DNA from: an uncultured Bacteroidales bacterium | GTDB lineage: Bacteria; Bacteroidota; Bacteroidia; Bacteroidales; VadinHA17 | Assembly (NCBI GenBank): GCA_963789465.1 | Contig: CAWBLL010000019.1 | Span: 782,173-846,172, forward strand | Direction of reading: 5' to 3' | Length of the DNA: 64,000 nt | Shown: positions 29,107 to 39,244 of the stretch, in pieces | How positions within the stretch are numbered: the first letter of the stretch is position 1 | Layout: the number at the start of each line of letters is the position of its first letter | The notes under the pieces: model-generated | The model's input: only the letters and a program-made list of their open reading frames with translations | What the model was told of the DNA's origin: nothing | Databases searched by the model: none | Translations under genes and position numbers: made by a program

Positions 29107-30000
29107 TCAGGGATTTTTAATAAATGGAAAGTAATAGTCTATATTACCGGCAGTCAGTTTAGTCCCGTATCCTGAATCCTGAAATGCCTCGCAATACCTT
29201 ATGGATTCACCCTTCACCGGCCCGTAAAGCTCTATCAGTTTGTCGCGGTATGGTGCAGCCTCGAAAGCCTTTTTCCTTGTCTCCCCCAGCCATTTGCGCC
29301 GGTCGGCATCAGAGACCGGGACCTGGCTCAGAACTCCCCTGTTATACGGCAGCCATTCATACATCTGAGACTTATGCTGATGATACATATCCATTTTCTT
29401 TTCAATGACATCGTCGATATCAATGCATACGTCTGCTTTAAAAGGCTCAGGATGAATGAATCCGTCACTCATGAAGAGGAAAAGCGGATTCTTTTCGACG
29501 ATTGGTACTTTTGGAAGTATTGTCGGGACCGTTACCATATATGCCGCATCCAGTACCAGTACACCTGTATATCTGTGGTCGGGATGATAATCATAGGGTC
29601 TTGGACAGATTACAATATCAGCTTTTGCTTCCCTGATTATTTTTATTATCTGCAGCCTGTTCTTGTAAGTAGGCATCAGTTGTCCGTCATGATTGTTGAG
29701 AGTGATATACCGCACACCGATCACTTCGCCGGCCTTGCGGGCTTCCTCCCGTCTGAGCTTAGCCAGTGGCCTGGCCTTAATGGTCTGGTGTCCGGCATCG
29801 CCATTGGTAACTGACACCAGAAGCACATCGTATCCCAGCTGTGCCCATTTACAGGCTGTCCCGCCTGCTTTGTCAGGATCGTCAGGATGTGCCCCGAAAA
29901 TAACTACATGAAGTTTTTTATTCTGATCACCCTGAGCATGTGTGGAAGGAGCCAGGACAAACAAGACAAGCAACTGAATCAGAACGATAAGTGTTTTCAT
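29107..30000 (-). CDS. PIG-L/LmbE family deacetylase, exported
   Basis: Signal peptide; GAHPDD, VTNGDAG, RREEA, DYHPDH metal-binding motifs. Confidence 0.9.
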   Translation of the reverse strand: MKTLIVLIQLLVLFVLAPSTHAQGDQNKKLHVVIFGAHPDDPDKAGGTACKWAQLGYDVLLVSVTNGDAGHQTIKARPLAKLRREEARKAGEVIGVRYITLNNHDGQLMPTYKNRLQIIKIIREAKADIVICPRPYDYHPDHRYTGVLVLDAAYMVTVPTILPKVPIVEKNPLFLFMSDGFIHPEPFKADVCIDIDDVIEKKMDMYHQHKSQMYEWLPYNRGVLSQVPVSDADRRKWLGETRKKAFEAAPYRDKLIELYGPVKGESIRYCEAFQDSGYGTKLTAGNIDYYFPFIKNP

Positions 30001-30037
30001 TTTTTAGTATTTTATTTGCCGAAATTGTAATTCTATA

Positions 30038-31654
30038 CTACTGCACATGTATCTGCCACCTGGCATTCGCCAGGTCCCAGGTATCGGTAAAACCAATTTT
30101 TACAATTTTTTCCATGATATCCCAGTCAAGGGTGCCGGCCTCATCCTTTGGTGTATGGTATTCTTCCCTGTGTCCGGACTTGATTCTTATTACAGGGATG
30201 CCGGCTTCAACAAATGATCTGTGGTCGGTGCCTCCGGGAGGATCGTCGGATGGCTGATAATCAATGTCTAAATCGATTCCGTACTTTTTAATATTGTCGG
30301 AGGTTATATTCCGGAACCATGGAAAGGAACTCGTATAAGTCATGGTAACTTTATTTGGCTCATTATCGGAGATGTATCTTGAGATCATATCGAAATTCAT
30401 GTTAAGCTTAAGTTCATTAACAGGAAATTCCGGATTTCTGACAAAGTATCTCGAGCCCAGAAGCCCTTCCTCTTCAGCTGTCCATAAGGCAAATATTATG
30501 CTGTTTTCAGGCTTTTCCCCGGTTGCCGATACTGCGGCTGCAATTGACATTACACCTACAGTCCCGGATCCATTATCGTCTGCTCCGTTCCATATGTAAC
30601 CGTTTACCTTGCCAATATGATCGTAATGGGCTCCGATAACAATAAAACTATCCGGATTTTTACCTTCTATAATGCCAAGGACATTCCTTACGGCCAGCAG
30701 CGAGTTTTTTACGGTCGTCTTAAGATAAACTGATTTGCCTTTTAATTCGGGAATTGTATATTTTCCCTTGCCGTCGGACCTTAGTATATAATCATCCGTA
30801 TTTATTTCCGAGCCACGCAGGATCTCATTTGCCGTTCTTACTGAAACTTCGATTCTGATAAAGTTATCCGGGTTATTCTTCGCCGGAAGCGAGAGGTGTG
30901 AATGAGGTCTTCCCGACAGATCCGCCCTCTCGGAAGGGGACATATTCATAAATTCCTTCATTTCCGGTCTTCCGGCCACTGTTGCCTTTGGATCGTATTC
31001 AAGCACACCGGCTACACCCATTGACCTGTACCTGGATTCCATTTCCTTTCTTAGTGATGCAGCTTTTTGCCAGGTAAGTGTCTCAAGTACAAATTTTGGG
31101 AATCCTGCAATCTTAAGAATATATTTGCCTCTCACATCCAGTTTACTGAAGTCATTGTAATTCATTGAATCATCAATATATCCGTAACCTGCAAATACAA
31201 CAGGAGCCTCAATTTCAAGAGACTGGTAACCAGGCCGGATTGTAAAATCAACATCGCGGGTCATATCGACTGATCTGACCATTTTATTATTTGAGTCTTT
31301 GATTTTCAGCACCTGTTCATCCCCGGGAACGGTCTTCACAAGATTGAAATTCTGAAAGTAGGATCTTTCATTTTTTACAAAGTCATTTCCCCGGTTCAGA
31401 TCGGACAGATAGTCGCCGAATGGCTGAATACCATAGAGTTTCAGCATGCTGGCAATATAATCTGCCGCCAGGTATGCACCTTTTTCTCCTGCTTCACGTC
31501 CCTCCATCCAGTCGGAGGAGAGGAATTCCAACTGAGCCTTGAGTCTGTCGGTTGTTATCGTATGAAGGCCTTTTTCAACAGCCGTCAGCTGGCCGTAATT
31601 TAAAGTTGTTTTAGAGATCAATAATATGAGGGCCAAAAGAATATGACGTTTCAT
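30038..31654 (-). CDS. M28 family metallopeptidase with PA-like insert, exported
   Basis: Signal peptide; GAHYDH, GADDNGSG, AEEEGLLGS, NFDM, TDH, YHTPKD motifs. Confidence 0.9.
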   Translation of the reverse strand: MKRHILLALILLISKTTLNYGQLTAVEKGLHTITTDRLKAQLEFLSSDWMEGREAGEKGAYLAADYIASMLKLYGIQPFGDYLSDLNRGNDFVKNERSYFQNFNLVKTVPGDEQVLKIKDSNNKMVRSVDMTRDVDFTIRPGYQSLEIEAPVVFAGYGYIDDSMNYNDFSKLDVRGKYILKIAGFPKFVLETLTWQKAASLRKEMESRYRSMGVAGVLEYDPKATVAGRPEMKEFMNMSPSERADLSGRPHSHLSLPAKNNPDNFIRIEVSVRTANEILRGSEINTDDYILRSDGKGKYTIPELKGKSVYLKTTVKNSLLAVRNVLGIIEGKNPDSFIVIGAHYDHIGKVNGYIWNGADDNGSGTVGVMSIAAAVSATGEKPENSIIFALWTAEEEGLLGSRYFVRNPEFPVNELKLNMNFDMISRYISDNEPNKVTMTYTSSFPWFRNITSDNIKKYGIDLDIDYQPSDDPPGGTDHRSFVEAGIPVIRIKSGHREEYHTPKDEAGTLDWDIMEKIVKIGFTDTWDLANARWQIHVQ

Positions 31655-31764
31655 CTGTGTCTGATTTTATTTTACCCTTACCGGATATTGATTTTACTAA
31701 GGTAATTATTAATTGCTTTTTGATGAACAATTCTATCTTTGAAAAAATTATCTGACAAAATGTA

Positions 31765-32297
31765 ATGAAAAAAATATTCCTGATTGCAATTATGTATTTA
31801 TCAGTAACACTGTTCTCAGATGGACAGGAAAAGAAGGTCTATGAAAATGGTTACCTTGTTAAAACAGGCGACATGGCGCCGGATTTTATGATAAATGAAG
31901 CCGGAGGAAAATCGTACCGTCTTTCTGATCTGAAAGGGAAAGTGGTAATGCTTCAGTTTACTGCCAGCTGGTGCAGTGTGTGCAGGACTGAAATGCCATT
32001 CATCGAAAAGGAGATATGGCAGGAAAAAAAAGGGCAGGACTTATTGTTATCGGGATTGACAGGGATGAACCGGTAGATAAGGTTGTCAAATTTAAAAAGG
32101 ATATTGCTGTTACCTATCCGCTGGCATTGGATCCGGATGCAGATATTTTCGGTCTGTACGCACTGAAAGAGGCCGGGGTTACCAGAAATGTAATAATTGA
32201 CAGATCCGGCAAGATCGTATTCCTGACACGTTTATTCGACAGAAAGGAATTTGATGAAATGAAGAAGGCAATATTCCGGGAGCTGGCAGCAAAATAA
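31765..32297 (+). CDS. TlpA/AhpC-TSA family thiol-disulfide oxidoreductase; apparent -1 frameshift in the A/G run near 32030
   Basis: Signal peptide, GDMAPDF, FTASWCSVCRTEMP, then second-frame GLIVIGIDRDE...VTRNVIIDRSGKI. Confidence 0.88.
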
Positions 32298-32351
32298 TTT
32301 ACAGGGTGCATTTTCATTATGGACGGATAGAATGAATATTGCCTGTAACAA

Positions 32352-32390
32352 AAAATGAGCGAAGTACCCGGCAGGCACTCCGCTCATTTT
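32352..32390. terminator. Bidirectional intrinsic terminator between convergent genes
   Basis: aaaatgagcg / cgctcatttt 10-bp outer stem with A/T tails on both sides. Confidence 0.65.
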
Positions 32391-32419
32391 CAGAAATCGC
32401 AGCAAAATTGAAATCTTTA

Positions 32420-32974
32420 CTATTTCGCCCCAAATAATGTCCAGCCTGCATAGATCTGTAAAGTGCGGTTTTTAATAGTCTCTGTCGATACATCCGAAAT
32501 ATTGGTGAAACCAAACACATACCTTGCCCCAACATTGAGGCCGAGTGGCAGATGCAAGCCTGCTCCCAGGGCCAGTCCGAAATCATTGTTTTTGAGCTGA
32601 TCCTTTACATCACCCACACTTTCCACATGCGCTTTGGTAAGAAAACCGAACTGAGGGCCTGCTTCCAGACTGATCAGACTAATTGGCTTGAACCGCAACA
32701 TGACAGGGATAGATACATAGTCAAGATCTACCTTGGAATTATTCCATTTACTTCCATAAGCTGAATATAATACCTCAGGGGTAATCCCGAACTTATCGGT
32801 AAAATTCAAATTTACATAGCCGCCCACAAGAAAGTCAGTTACTGATTTTATGGTTACATCTTTTACATCCTGATTGGCAAAATTAGCTCCTGCTTTTATA
32901 CCGATTCCTATGCCTTGTCCCTGGATAAGAAATGGCACCAGAAATATTACTACGAACAGAAAGGATTTTTTCAT
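32420..32974 (-). CDS. Outer-membrane beta-barrel protein (PorT/porin-like, 8-stranded)
   Basis: Signal peptide; GIKAGANF, PEVLYS, LDYVSIPVML, EAGPQFGFL, GARYVFG motifs. Confidence 0.85.
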   Translation of the reverse strand: MKKSFLFVVIFLVPFLIQGQGIGIGIKAGANFANQDVKDVTIKSVTDFLVGGYVNLNFTDKFGITPEVLYSAYGSKWNNSKVDLDYVSIPVMLRFKPISLISLEAGPQFGFLTKAHVESVGDVKDQLKNNDFGLALGAGLHLPLGLNVGARYVFGFTNISDVSTETIKNRTLQIYAGWTLFGAK

Positions 32975-33196
32975 TTTGCAGATTTTTTGGTTAAACAATA
33001 GCTGTAAATTTAAGAATTAATAGATATAATATTCTCCCTACTAACAATAATGTAACAGATATTCCCTATAAGTGGTATAAAAATATCGTTTTTGCTGATT
33101 TATATTTTGTTTCCTGTCAGCAAAACTTTCCCCAATGGTCAGGAACCCCACCTTCCCGGCATCTTCTCAATAATCCATAACGATTAAACGTTAAAA

Positions 33197-33571
33197 TTAT
33201 TTCGTCAGGAGCATTTTTGCCGCAACCAGCAGGAGAAGAATTCCAAATATTTTTTTCAGTGTGGCCTGGGGCAGGGTCAGGGCATATTTTGACCCGAAAT
33301 ATGAGCCTATAAGGAAGGCTCCCGCAAGGATTAAAGCAAAAATTAGGTTCACCTGACCTGCTTTATAATAATTATAGGCTGCAATGATGCCAATAGGGGG
33401 CAGCATAACGGCAAGACTTGTCCCCTGGGCCATCTGTTGGCTGAAACCCAAAAAATAGACCATAGCAGGAATCATGATTATCGCTCCGCCTATTCCAAGC
33501 ATCCCTGCCATAGCGCCGGTTACAATTCCAATCCCAAGAAGGATCAGTAGCATAGAGATTGACATTTTCAT
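33197..33571 (-). CDS. Half-size TauE/SafE (DUF81) family membrane protein
   Basis: AGMLGIGGAIIMIPAM, AQGTSLA, GSYFGS, LKKIFG motifs; 124 aa, single repeat. Confidence 0.85.
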   Translation of the reverse strand: MKMSISMLLILLGIGIVTGAMAGMLGIGGAIIMIPAMVYFLGFSQQMAQGTSLAVMLPPIGIIAAYNYYKAGQVNLIFALILAGAFLIGSYFGSKYALTLPQATLKKIFGILLLLVAAKMLLTK

Positions 33572-33718
33572 TCTATTTTAATATGATTAATTCTTATTGC
33601 AGGCAAATGTAAAAAAATCCGGGGAATTATAAGGGCTACTTGTCAGGATATCGTGCAGGTCTGGAAGGTCATACAAGTTATCCTGGTCGTATTGGACGGC
33701 ACGACCGGGCTGAGATTC

Positions 33719-33749
33719 TTTGTTAATTCTTACTTTATCCCTAAATTTG
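33719..33749 (+). promoter_or_regulatory. Bacteroidota sigma-A promoter for mltG (TTTG-N19-TAAATTTG)
   Basis: -33 TTTG at 33719-33722 and -7 TAAATTTG at 33742-33749 with canonical spacing. Confidence 0.75.
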
Positions 33750-33766
33750 CAGTCTGTTGAAAGGAC

Positions 33767-34798
33767 ATGAAAAAAAGAGCATACTATATATTTCGATGGT
33801 AGCAGGTCTGCTGATTATGGCCGCAGCTATCATGCTCTGGAAAACCATTTACGGGATCTCTATCCATGCGGAAAAACCGGGAAAGACTTTGATTATATCG
33901 ACAGGCGCATCGTATGATCAGGTTGTAGATTCAATTATTGCGAATCACATCGTAAGTAATATTAGGCTTTTTGACTGGCTTGCACGGCAGAAAAATTACC
34001 CTTCACTGATAAAGCCCGGAAGGTATGTAATTGATAAAAGCCTGAGTTATAATGCCTTTATTAACATGCTGAGATCAGGTCATCAAACACCTGTTCGCAT
34101 TACCTTTCAGAATATAAGGACATTAAATCAACTCGCCGGTAAAATTGGAAAACAGCTCGAAACTGACTCGGCAACGATTAATGAAATTTCTTTCTGACGA
34201 AGGAAATTATTTGTCAGACGGTTTTAACAGGGAGACGGTTATTGCACTTTTCATTCCGAATACATACGAAATATACAGGAATACGGATGCCCGGGGATTA
34301 TATACCAGGATGCTCAGGGAGTACAGGTTATTCTGGAATGAAAAGCGTTTGGACAAGGCAAGGGAGGAGGGGCTGGATCCCATTCAGGTATCTATCCTGG
34401 CTTCCATTATTGATGATGAGGTGGCAAAGCCTGATGAGAAGCCCCGGATAGCAGGAGTCTATCTGAATCGTTTAAAACAGGGAATACCCCTTCAGGCGTG
34501 TCCCACGATTAAATTTGCCCTGAATGATTTCACAATTACAAGGATTCTTTATAAGTATCTTCAGATAGACTCTCCGTATAATACTTACAAACACAGCGGG
34601 TTTCCTCCTGGTCCAATAGGATGTCCTTCCATCGAAGGCATCGATGCAGTATTAAATGCTGAAAAGCACGATTATTTGTTTTTTGCCGCCAAAGCTGATT
34701 TTTCAGGATATCATAATTTTTCAAGAACCCTGGCTGAGCATAATCACTATGCGGCGATTTACCAGAAGGAACTCAATAAGAGAAGAATATTCAGGTAG
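33767..34798 (+). CDS. mltG: Endolytic transglycosylase MltG; apparent frameshifts near 33772 (A run) and 34180
   Basis: IKPGRY, LFIPNTYE, ILASIIDDE, IAGVYLNRL, LQACPT, SPYNTY, PPGPI, YLFFAAK motifs across two ORF pieces. Confidence 0.9.
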
Positions 34799-35808
34799 AA
34801 CCGATTACCTCTACTTCCCTTTCAAGCTCAACTTCAAACCTGTACCATACAGATTTCCTCACCTCTTCAGAAAGTCTCAGTATCTCCTCTCCGCTGGCTT
34901 TGCCATAATTTATTATGACGAGTGCCTGGTTATCGTGAATGCCGGTATTTCCTGATCTCTTACCCTTCCATCCGCACTGCTCTATCAACCATCCTGCGGA
35001 CAGCTTAACTCCTCCCGAATAATCAAGGTAGCAAGGTAAGCCGGGATATCTCTTTCTCAGCGTTTCTGCAGTCATGGTGTCAACAACAGGATTTCTGAAA
35101 AAACTCCCGGCATTTCCAATGATTTCAGGATCAGGTAATTTGCTTCTTCTTATATTTATAACTGCCTCCCTGACATTTTTTAGTGAGGCTTCACCATACC
35201 TGGATACTTCATCAGCCAGAGAGCCATAAATGAGATTCAGAACCGGATTTACAGATAGTTTAAAGTACACTCTGTGTTATCAGGTATTTACCTTTAAGAT
35301 GATCTTTAAATATACTGTTTCTGTAACCGAACCGACATTCATTATTATTGAATTCCCTTACCGATCCGTCCGAAGTTGAGACAGCCCTTACCTTTTCAAT
35401 TGAATCTTTTACTTCAACTCCGTAAGCGCCGATATTCTGAACGGGAGCAGCTCCCACCGTGCCCGGGATTAAAGAAAGATTCTCAATTCCGCCAAAACCG
35501 TTCCCAACACTCCATTCCACAAAAGAATCCCAGTCAACACCCGCTCCGACTGATGCTATTACATACTCAGCTCCCTTTTCCTCAATATCTATTCCTGTGA
35601 TCTCCGGATGAATTATTGTTCCGTAAAAATCACTGGTAAATAGAATATTACTCCCTCGGCCCAGAATGAGTACGGGTCCTATGAGGCCTTCCTTAACTTC
35701 AAAAAGCCGGATGGCCTCATCTTCAGTACTTAGCCTGACAAAAAACGAAGACTTATAATTCAGGCCAAAGGTGTTGTAATTTTTAAGGGACTGGTTTTTC
35801 AGGATCAT
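34791..35808 (-). CDS. murB: UDP-N-acetylenolpyruvoylglucosamine reductase; apparent +1 frameshift near 35275
   Basis: LGRGSNILF, IPGTVGAAPVQNIGAYG, CRFGYRNSIFK, then GNAGSFFRNP, KLSAGWLIE, LEREV in the second frame. Confidence 0.93.
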
Positions 35809-35915
35809 ATAGCCGGCTTTGCCGTAAATTTATGAAATCATATTGATAAATAACCTCATTTACCGGGAATAACCCGGCCTGGTTTATGGAGGTTCTATCG
35901 TCGCATGATTTTTTG

Positions 35916-35923
35916 TAATTTTG
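35916..35923 (+). promoter_or_regulatory. Possible Bacteroidota -7 element (TAATTTTG) upstream of Crp/Fnr gene
   Basis: Consensus match 124 bp before the ATG. Confidence 0.4.
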
Positions 35924-36047
35924 TGGCTTCAGTAGGGACGATAGTGGAAACTATGGGCCAAATGCCGCAAATGACAGAAAATAAGATATGGCATGATTTG
36001 ATCCATAGTCTTTTAAAGGTATTTTGGAATAAATTGCAGAATTTCAA

Positions 36048-36704
36048 ATGGACAAACTCGAATTAATAAGAAAAACATACCCTTTCCTGGAGAAGGATTT
36101 GATCAGCGAAATAAACAGGGTATCTTCCCTCTATGAGCTGAAGGTCGATCAGAGCATTCTGGGCGAGGGTGATTATATTAAATCGTTTCCGATGGTTCTG
36201 GAAGGATGCCTCAGGGTAGTACGCCTTTCGGAAACAGGGAATGAGCTGCTGCTCTATTATCTTAACAGCGGGGAGATATGCAGCATGTCGCTTACCTGCT
36301 GCATAGGCCTTCAAAAAAGCAATATAAAGATGATCGCCGAGCAAGATTCAATAATTCTGACTATTCCGGTTGATGTACCGGAAAAATGGATGTCAGAATT
36401 TAAATCATGGAAGGAATTTATGATGTATTCCTATAAGCACAGATTTGATGAACTTCTTGAAACAATTGATTCCATTGCTTTTACGAAGCTGGATGAACGA
36501 CTGGTGCGGTTTTTTGAAGACAGGTACAGGTCGACCGGTCAAACAATATTCAGGGGAACACATCAGGAGATTGCCCTGCAGCTGAATACCTCACGCGAAG
36601 TTGTTTCTCGTCTTTTGAAAAATCTTGAAAAAAAGAAATATCTGCTAACAGGAAGGAATTCAGTTGATTATATGAATTTGGTTAAAAATAATCGGCCTTT
36701 GTGA
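36048..36704 (+). CDS. Crp/Fnr family transcriptional regulator
   Basis: cNMP-like domain (LEGCLRV, LYYLNSGEICSMS) and HTH THQEIALQLNTSREVVSRLLK. Confidence 0.93.
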   Translation: MDKLELIRKTYPFLEKDLISEINRVSSLYELKVDQSILGEGDYIKSFPMVLEGCLRVVRLSETGNELLLYYLNSGEICSMSLTCCIGLQKSNIKMIAEQDSIILTIPVDVPEKWMSEFKSWKEFMMYSYKHRFDELLETIDSIAFTKLDERLVRFFEDRYRSTGQTIFRGTHQEIALQLNTSREVVSRLLKNLEKKKYLLTGRNSVDYMNLVKNNRPL

Positions 36705-36715
36705 CTAAAGTCACT
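36700..36715. promoter_or_regulatory. CRP-type box TGTGA-CTAAAG-TCACT at the end of the Crp/Fnr gene
   Basis: 9 of 10 match to TGTGA-N6-TCACA; inner perfect repeat GTGACT-aa-AGTCAC; 43 bp upstream of the next ATG. Confidence 0.6.
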
Positions 36716-36758
36716 GACCAGATATCCTGGCTTGGGGATATTTGCATCAAAATCCAAT

Positions 36759-36992
36759 ATGAAAGAGTTTATAAGAAAACACATTATCCCGGTCCTCTTT
36801 TCAGTAGCAGGATCTGCCGGAGGTTTTCTCTACTGGAAGTTTGTCGGATGTGCCTCAGGGACTTGCATAATAAAGTCGGTATGGTATCTGAGTACCCTCT
36901 ATGGACTGATCCTGGGCTGGGTCCTGGGCGGCGTACTGGAGGATATTATTCTGAAGTTCAGAAAATCAAAAAAATATGAAGGAGAAGTTTGA
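36759..36992 (+). CDS. DUF6132-like small membrane protein
   Basis: GGFLYWKFVGCASGTCII...LYGLILG motif. Confidence 0.8.
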   Translation: MKEFIRKHIIPVLFSVAGSAGGFLYWKFVGCASGTCIIKSVWYLSTLYGLILGWVLGGVLEDIILKFRKSKKYEGEV

Positions 36993-37302
36993 AGATATAA
37001 TAAAAGGTGATGTTCCGGTTCTTGTGGATTTTTCTGCAGAATGGTGCAGCCCTTGCAAAATGATGGGACCTGTGCTCGGGCAGCTTAAAGAAAGGATGGC
37101 CGGCAAACTTAGAATAGTAAAAATTGACGTTGACAGGAACAGGGAGCTGGCAGGCCGATACCGGATACAGAGTGTACCGACCCTTGTATTGTTTCAGGGA
37201 GGTAAGACCAAATGGTCGGGAGTTGGAGTAATGACATCAAATTATCTTGAAAATGTTATTAACAATAATAGTAGTCTCATATCTGATAAAAAAGATTCAT
37301 GA
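36976..37302 (+). CDS. trxA: Thioredoxin
   Basis: VLVDFSAEWCSPCKMM, KIDVD, IQSVPTL. Confidence 0.92.
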   Translation: MKEKFEDIIKGDVPVLVDFSAEWCSPCKMMGPVLGQLKERMAGKLRIVKIDVDRNRELAGRYRIQSVPTLVLFQGGKTKWSGVGVMTSNYLENVINNNSSLISDKKDS

Positions 37303-37487
37303 ACGCTATAAGAATAGAAGCATCAAAGTGCCCGCAAAACCATGTTTGTCCTGTGATTAATATTTGCCCTTCAGGGGCAATTGTGCAGAAAACAGACTTC
37401 AGTGCACCTGAGATAATTGGTGAAAAATGCGCTGAATGCGGTCTTTGTACAAATTTTTGTGGATTTGATGCAATTCAAATGAGTTAA
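37299..37487 (+). CDS. Small 4Fe-4S ferredoxin-like protein (CPQNHxCP type)
   Basis: CPQNHVCPVINICP and CAECGLCTNFC motifs; ATGA overlap with the trx stop. Confidence 0.85.
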   Translation: MNAIRIEASKCPQNHVCPVINICPSGAIVQKTDFSAPEIIGEKCAECGLCTNFCGFDAIQMS

Positions 37488-37518
37488 AATCCAAAGGTAG
37501 ATTCTATTTCGTTGCCCT

Positions 37519-37543
37519 GGCCGTCAGAAATGACGGCCTTTTT
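37519..37543 (+). terminator. Intrinsic terminator of the trx-ferredoxin unit
   Basis: ggccgtca-gaaa-tgacggcc followed by ttttt. Confidence 0.85.
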
Positions 37544-37709
37544 CTTTGTGTTCCCTGTGCTGTCCTGCTCTACAGTTGTAATGCCTTCACTGATTTTAAC
37601 CGGAATATGACAGAGTTTATACTTCCTTTCAGATTAATTCTTGTGTTTTTAAATAAAGTGTTAATTTTCGGACTGGAAACTATGGACTATTAACCAGAAA
37701 TATAAAATC

Positions 37710-39185
37710 ATGACAACAAATCGCCGAAACTTCCTTAAGGCCGCGACTTTCGCCGGTGCTGGCGCTATGACCGGTGGACTTATATCCGGATGCGCTCCTG
37801 AACAACCTGCCTCGAACATGGCAGCAATATTGGAATCTGCCAGGAAAACCCATACCCAAAAGTTCAACATGTGTGGATATGCTGCTCCTCCAATACCTGT
37901 TGTAAGAATAGGAGTTATCGGATTAGGAGACAGAGGCAGTGAAGCCGTCAAGCGCTTATCATTCATCGAAGGAGTAGAAATAACTGCTATCTGTGATATT
38001 CGCAGGGCAGCCCTTGATGGCACTCAGAAGTTTCTTGACAGTACGGGGAGGCCTGCAGCACGCGAGTTTACCGGGGATGATCTGGCCTGGAAAAAGCTTG
38101 TAGAGCTGCCAGATCTGGATCTGATTTATATAGTTACCCCTTGGATATGGCACACAAAAATGGCGGTATATGCAATGGAAAATGGGAAACATGCCTGTTC
38201 CGAGGTGCCCATTGCCCGTACCCTGGATGAAGCATGGCAGCTAGTTGAGACTTCGGAAAAGACAAAAAAGCATTGCATGATGCTTGAGAACTGTTGTTAC
38301 GATTTCTTTGAACTGCTTACCCTGAATATGGCCAGGCAGGGGATGTTCGGAGATATTATTCACGGTGAGGGAGCATATATTCACAACCTTCTGGAAATGA
38401 ATTTCAGAAAACCAATAGATGACCAGCAGACAGATGATGCTTATACAAATATGTGGAGGCTTCGTGAAAATGCAACAAGGAATGGTAATTTATATCCCAC
38501 TCATGGTCTGGGACCTGTATGCCAGGCCCTGAATATAAACCGGGGTGACAGGATGGAGCACCTCAGTTCAGTTTCAACAGCTGACTTTTCCATGGCTCCG
38601 AAAGAGAAGGAACTGGATGCCACTGACCCCTTCTATGACGAATGGAAAAACTCTAAATTCAGAGGCAACCTGAATACCTCAATAATAAGAACTGCCCTTG
38701 GCAAAACCATTATGGTTCAGCACGACGTGTCATCCACTCAGCCATATTCCAGGATACATCTTGTTAAAGGAACCAAAGGAATGGTCCTTAAATATCCGTC
38801 TGAACATATAGCAATCGGTGAAACATGGGCTGATGAATCTCAAATGAAAGAAATTTACGACAAATATACCCCCGAGATAGTTAAAAGAGTGGGAGAGATG
38901 GCAAGAAAGGTGGGCGGACATGGTGGAATGGATTTTATAATGGACTGGAGGACAATCGACTGTCTCAGGAACGGACTGCCTCTCGACCAGAATGTATATG
39001 ACGGCGCATTATGGAGTTCAATCGCACCACTCAGTGAATGGTCGGTTGCAAATAATTCCCAGTCAATTGTAGTTCCGGACTTTACCGGCGGATCATGGAA
39101 GGCCAACAAACCTCACGATATCAATCTTGAATCTGGCGGAAACACAAAAGTATTGGAGAAGCAGAATGCAGAAACAGTTATTTAG
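37710..39185 (+). CDS. Tat-exported Gfo/Idh/MocA oxidoreductase, glycoside hydrolase family 109 (alpha-N-acetylgalactosaminidase-like)
   Basis: NRRNFLK signal with following GC lipobox-like motif; MMLENCCYD, HGEGAYIH, YPTHGLGP, GHGGMDF motifs. Confidence 0.88.
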   Translation: MTTNRRNFLKAATFAGAGAMTGGLISGCAPEQPASNMAAILESARKTHTQKFNMCGYAAPPIPVVRIGVIGLGDRGSEAVKRLSFIEGVEITAICDIRRAALDGTQKFLDSTGRPAAREFTGDDLAWKKLVELPDLDLIYIVTPWIWHTKMAVYAMENGKHACSEVPIARTLDEAWQLVETSEKTKKHCMMLENCCYDFFELLTLNMARQGMFGDIIHGEGAYIHNLLEMNFRKPIDDQQTDDAYTNMWRLRENATRNGNLYPTHGLGPVCQALNINRGDRMEHLSSVSTADFSMAPKEKELDATDPFYDEWKNSKFRGNLNTSIIRTALGKTIMVQHDVSSTQPYSRIHLVKGTKGMVLKYPSEHIAIGETWADESQMKEIYDKYTPEIVKRVGEMARKVGGHGGMDFIMDWRTIDCLRNGLPLDQNVYDGALWSSIAPLSEWSVANNSQSIVVPDFTGGSWKANKPHDINLESGGNTKVLEKQNAETVI

Positions 39186-39244
39186 CCTGTCATTGAAACA
39201 GAATTGTTCAGATAATTAATAAGGATTGTTCTAATATTCAGACA

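Noticed and set aside
33692-33718. 9-bp hairpin followed by GCTGAGA upstream of mltG
   Set aside because: Lacks the rest of the TPP aptamer and lies upstream of the predicted promoter.
34791-35808. murB, mltG, uxuB and other split genes as pseudogenes or programmed frameshifts
   Set aside because: Single-base repairs restore full-length proteins, there is no common slippery site, and a normally essential gene is affected; sequencing error is more likely.
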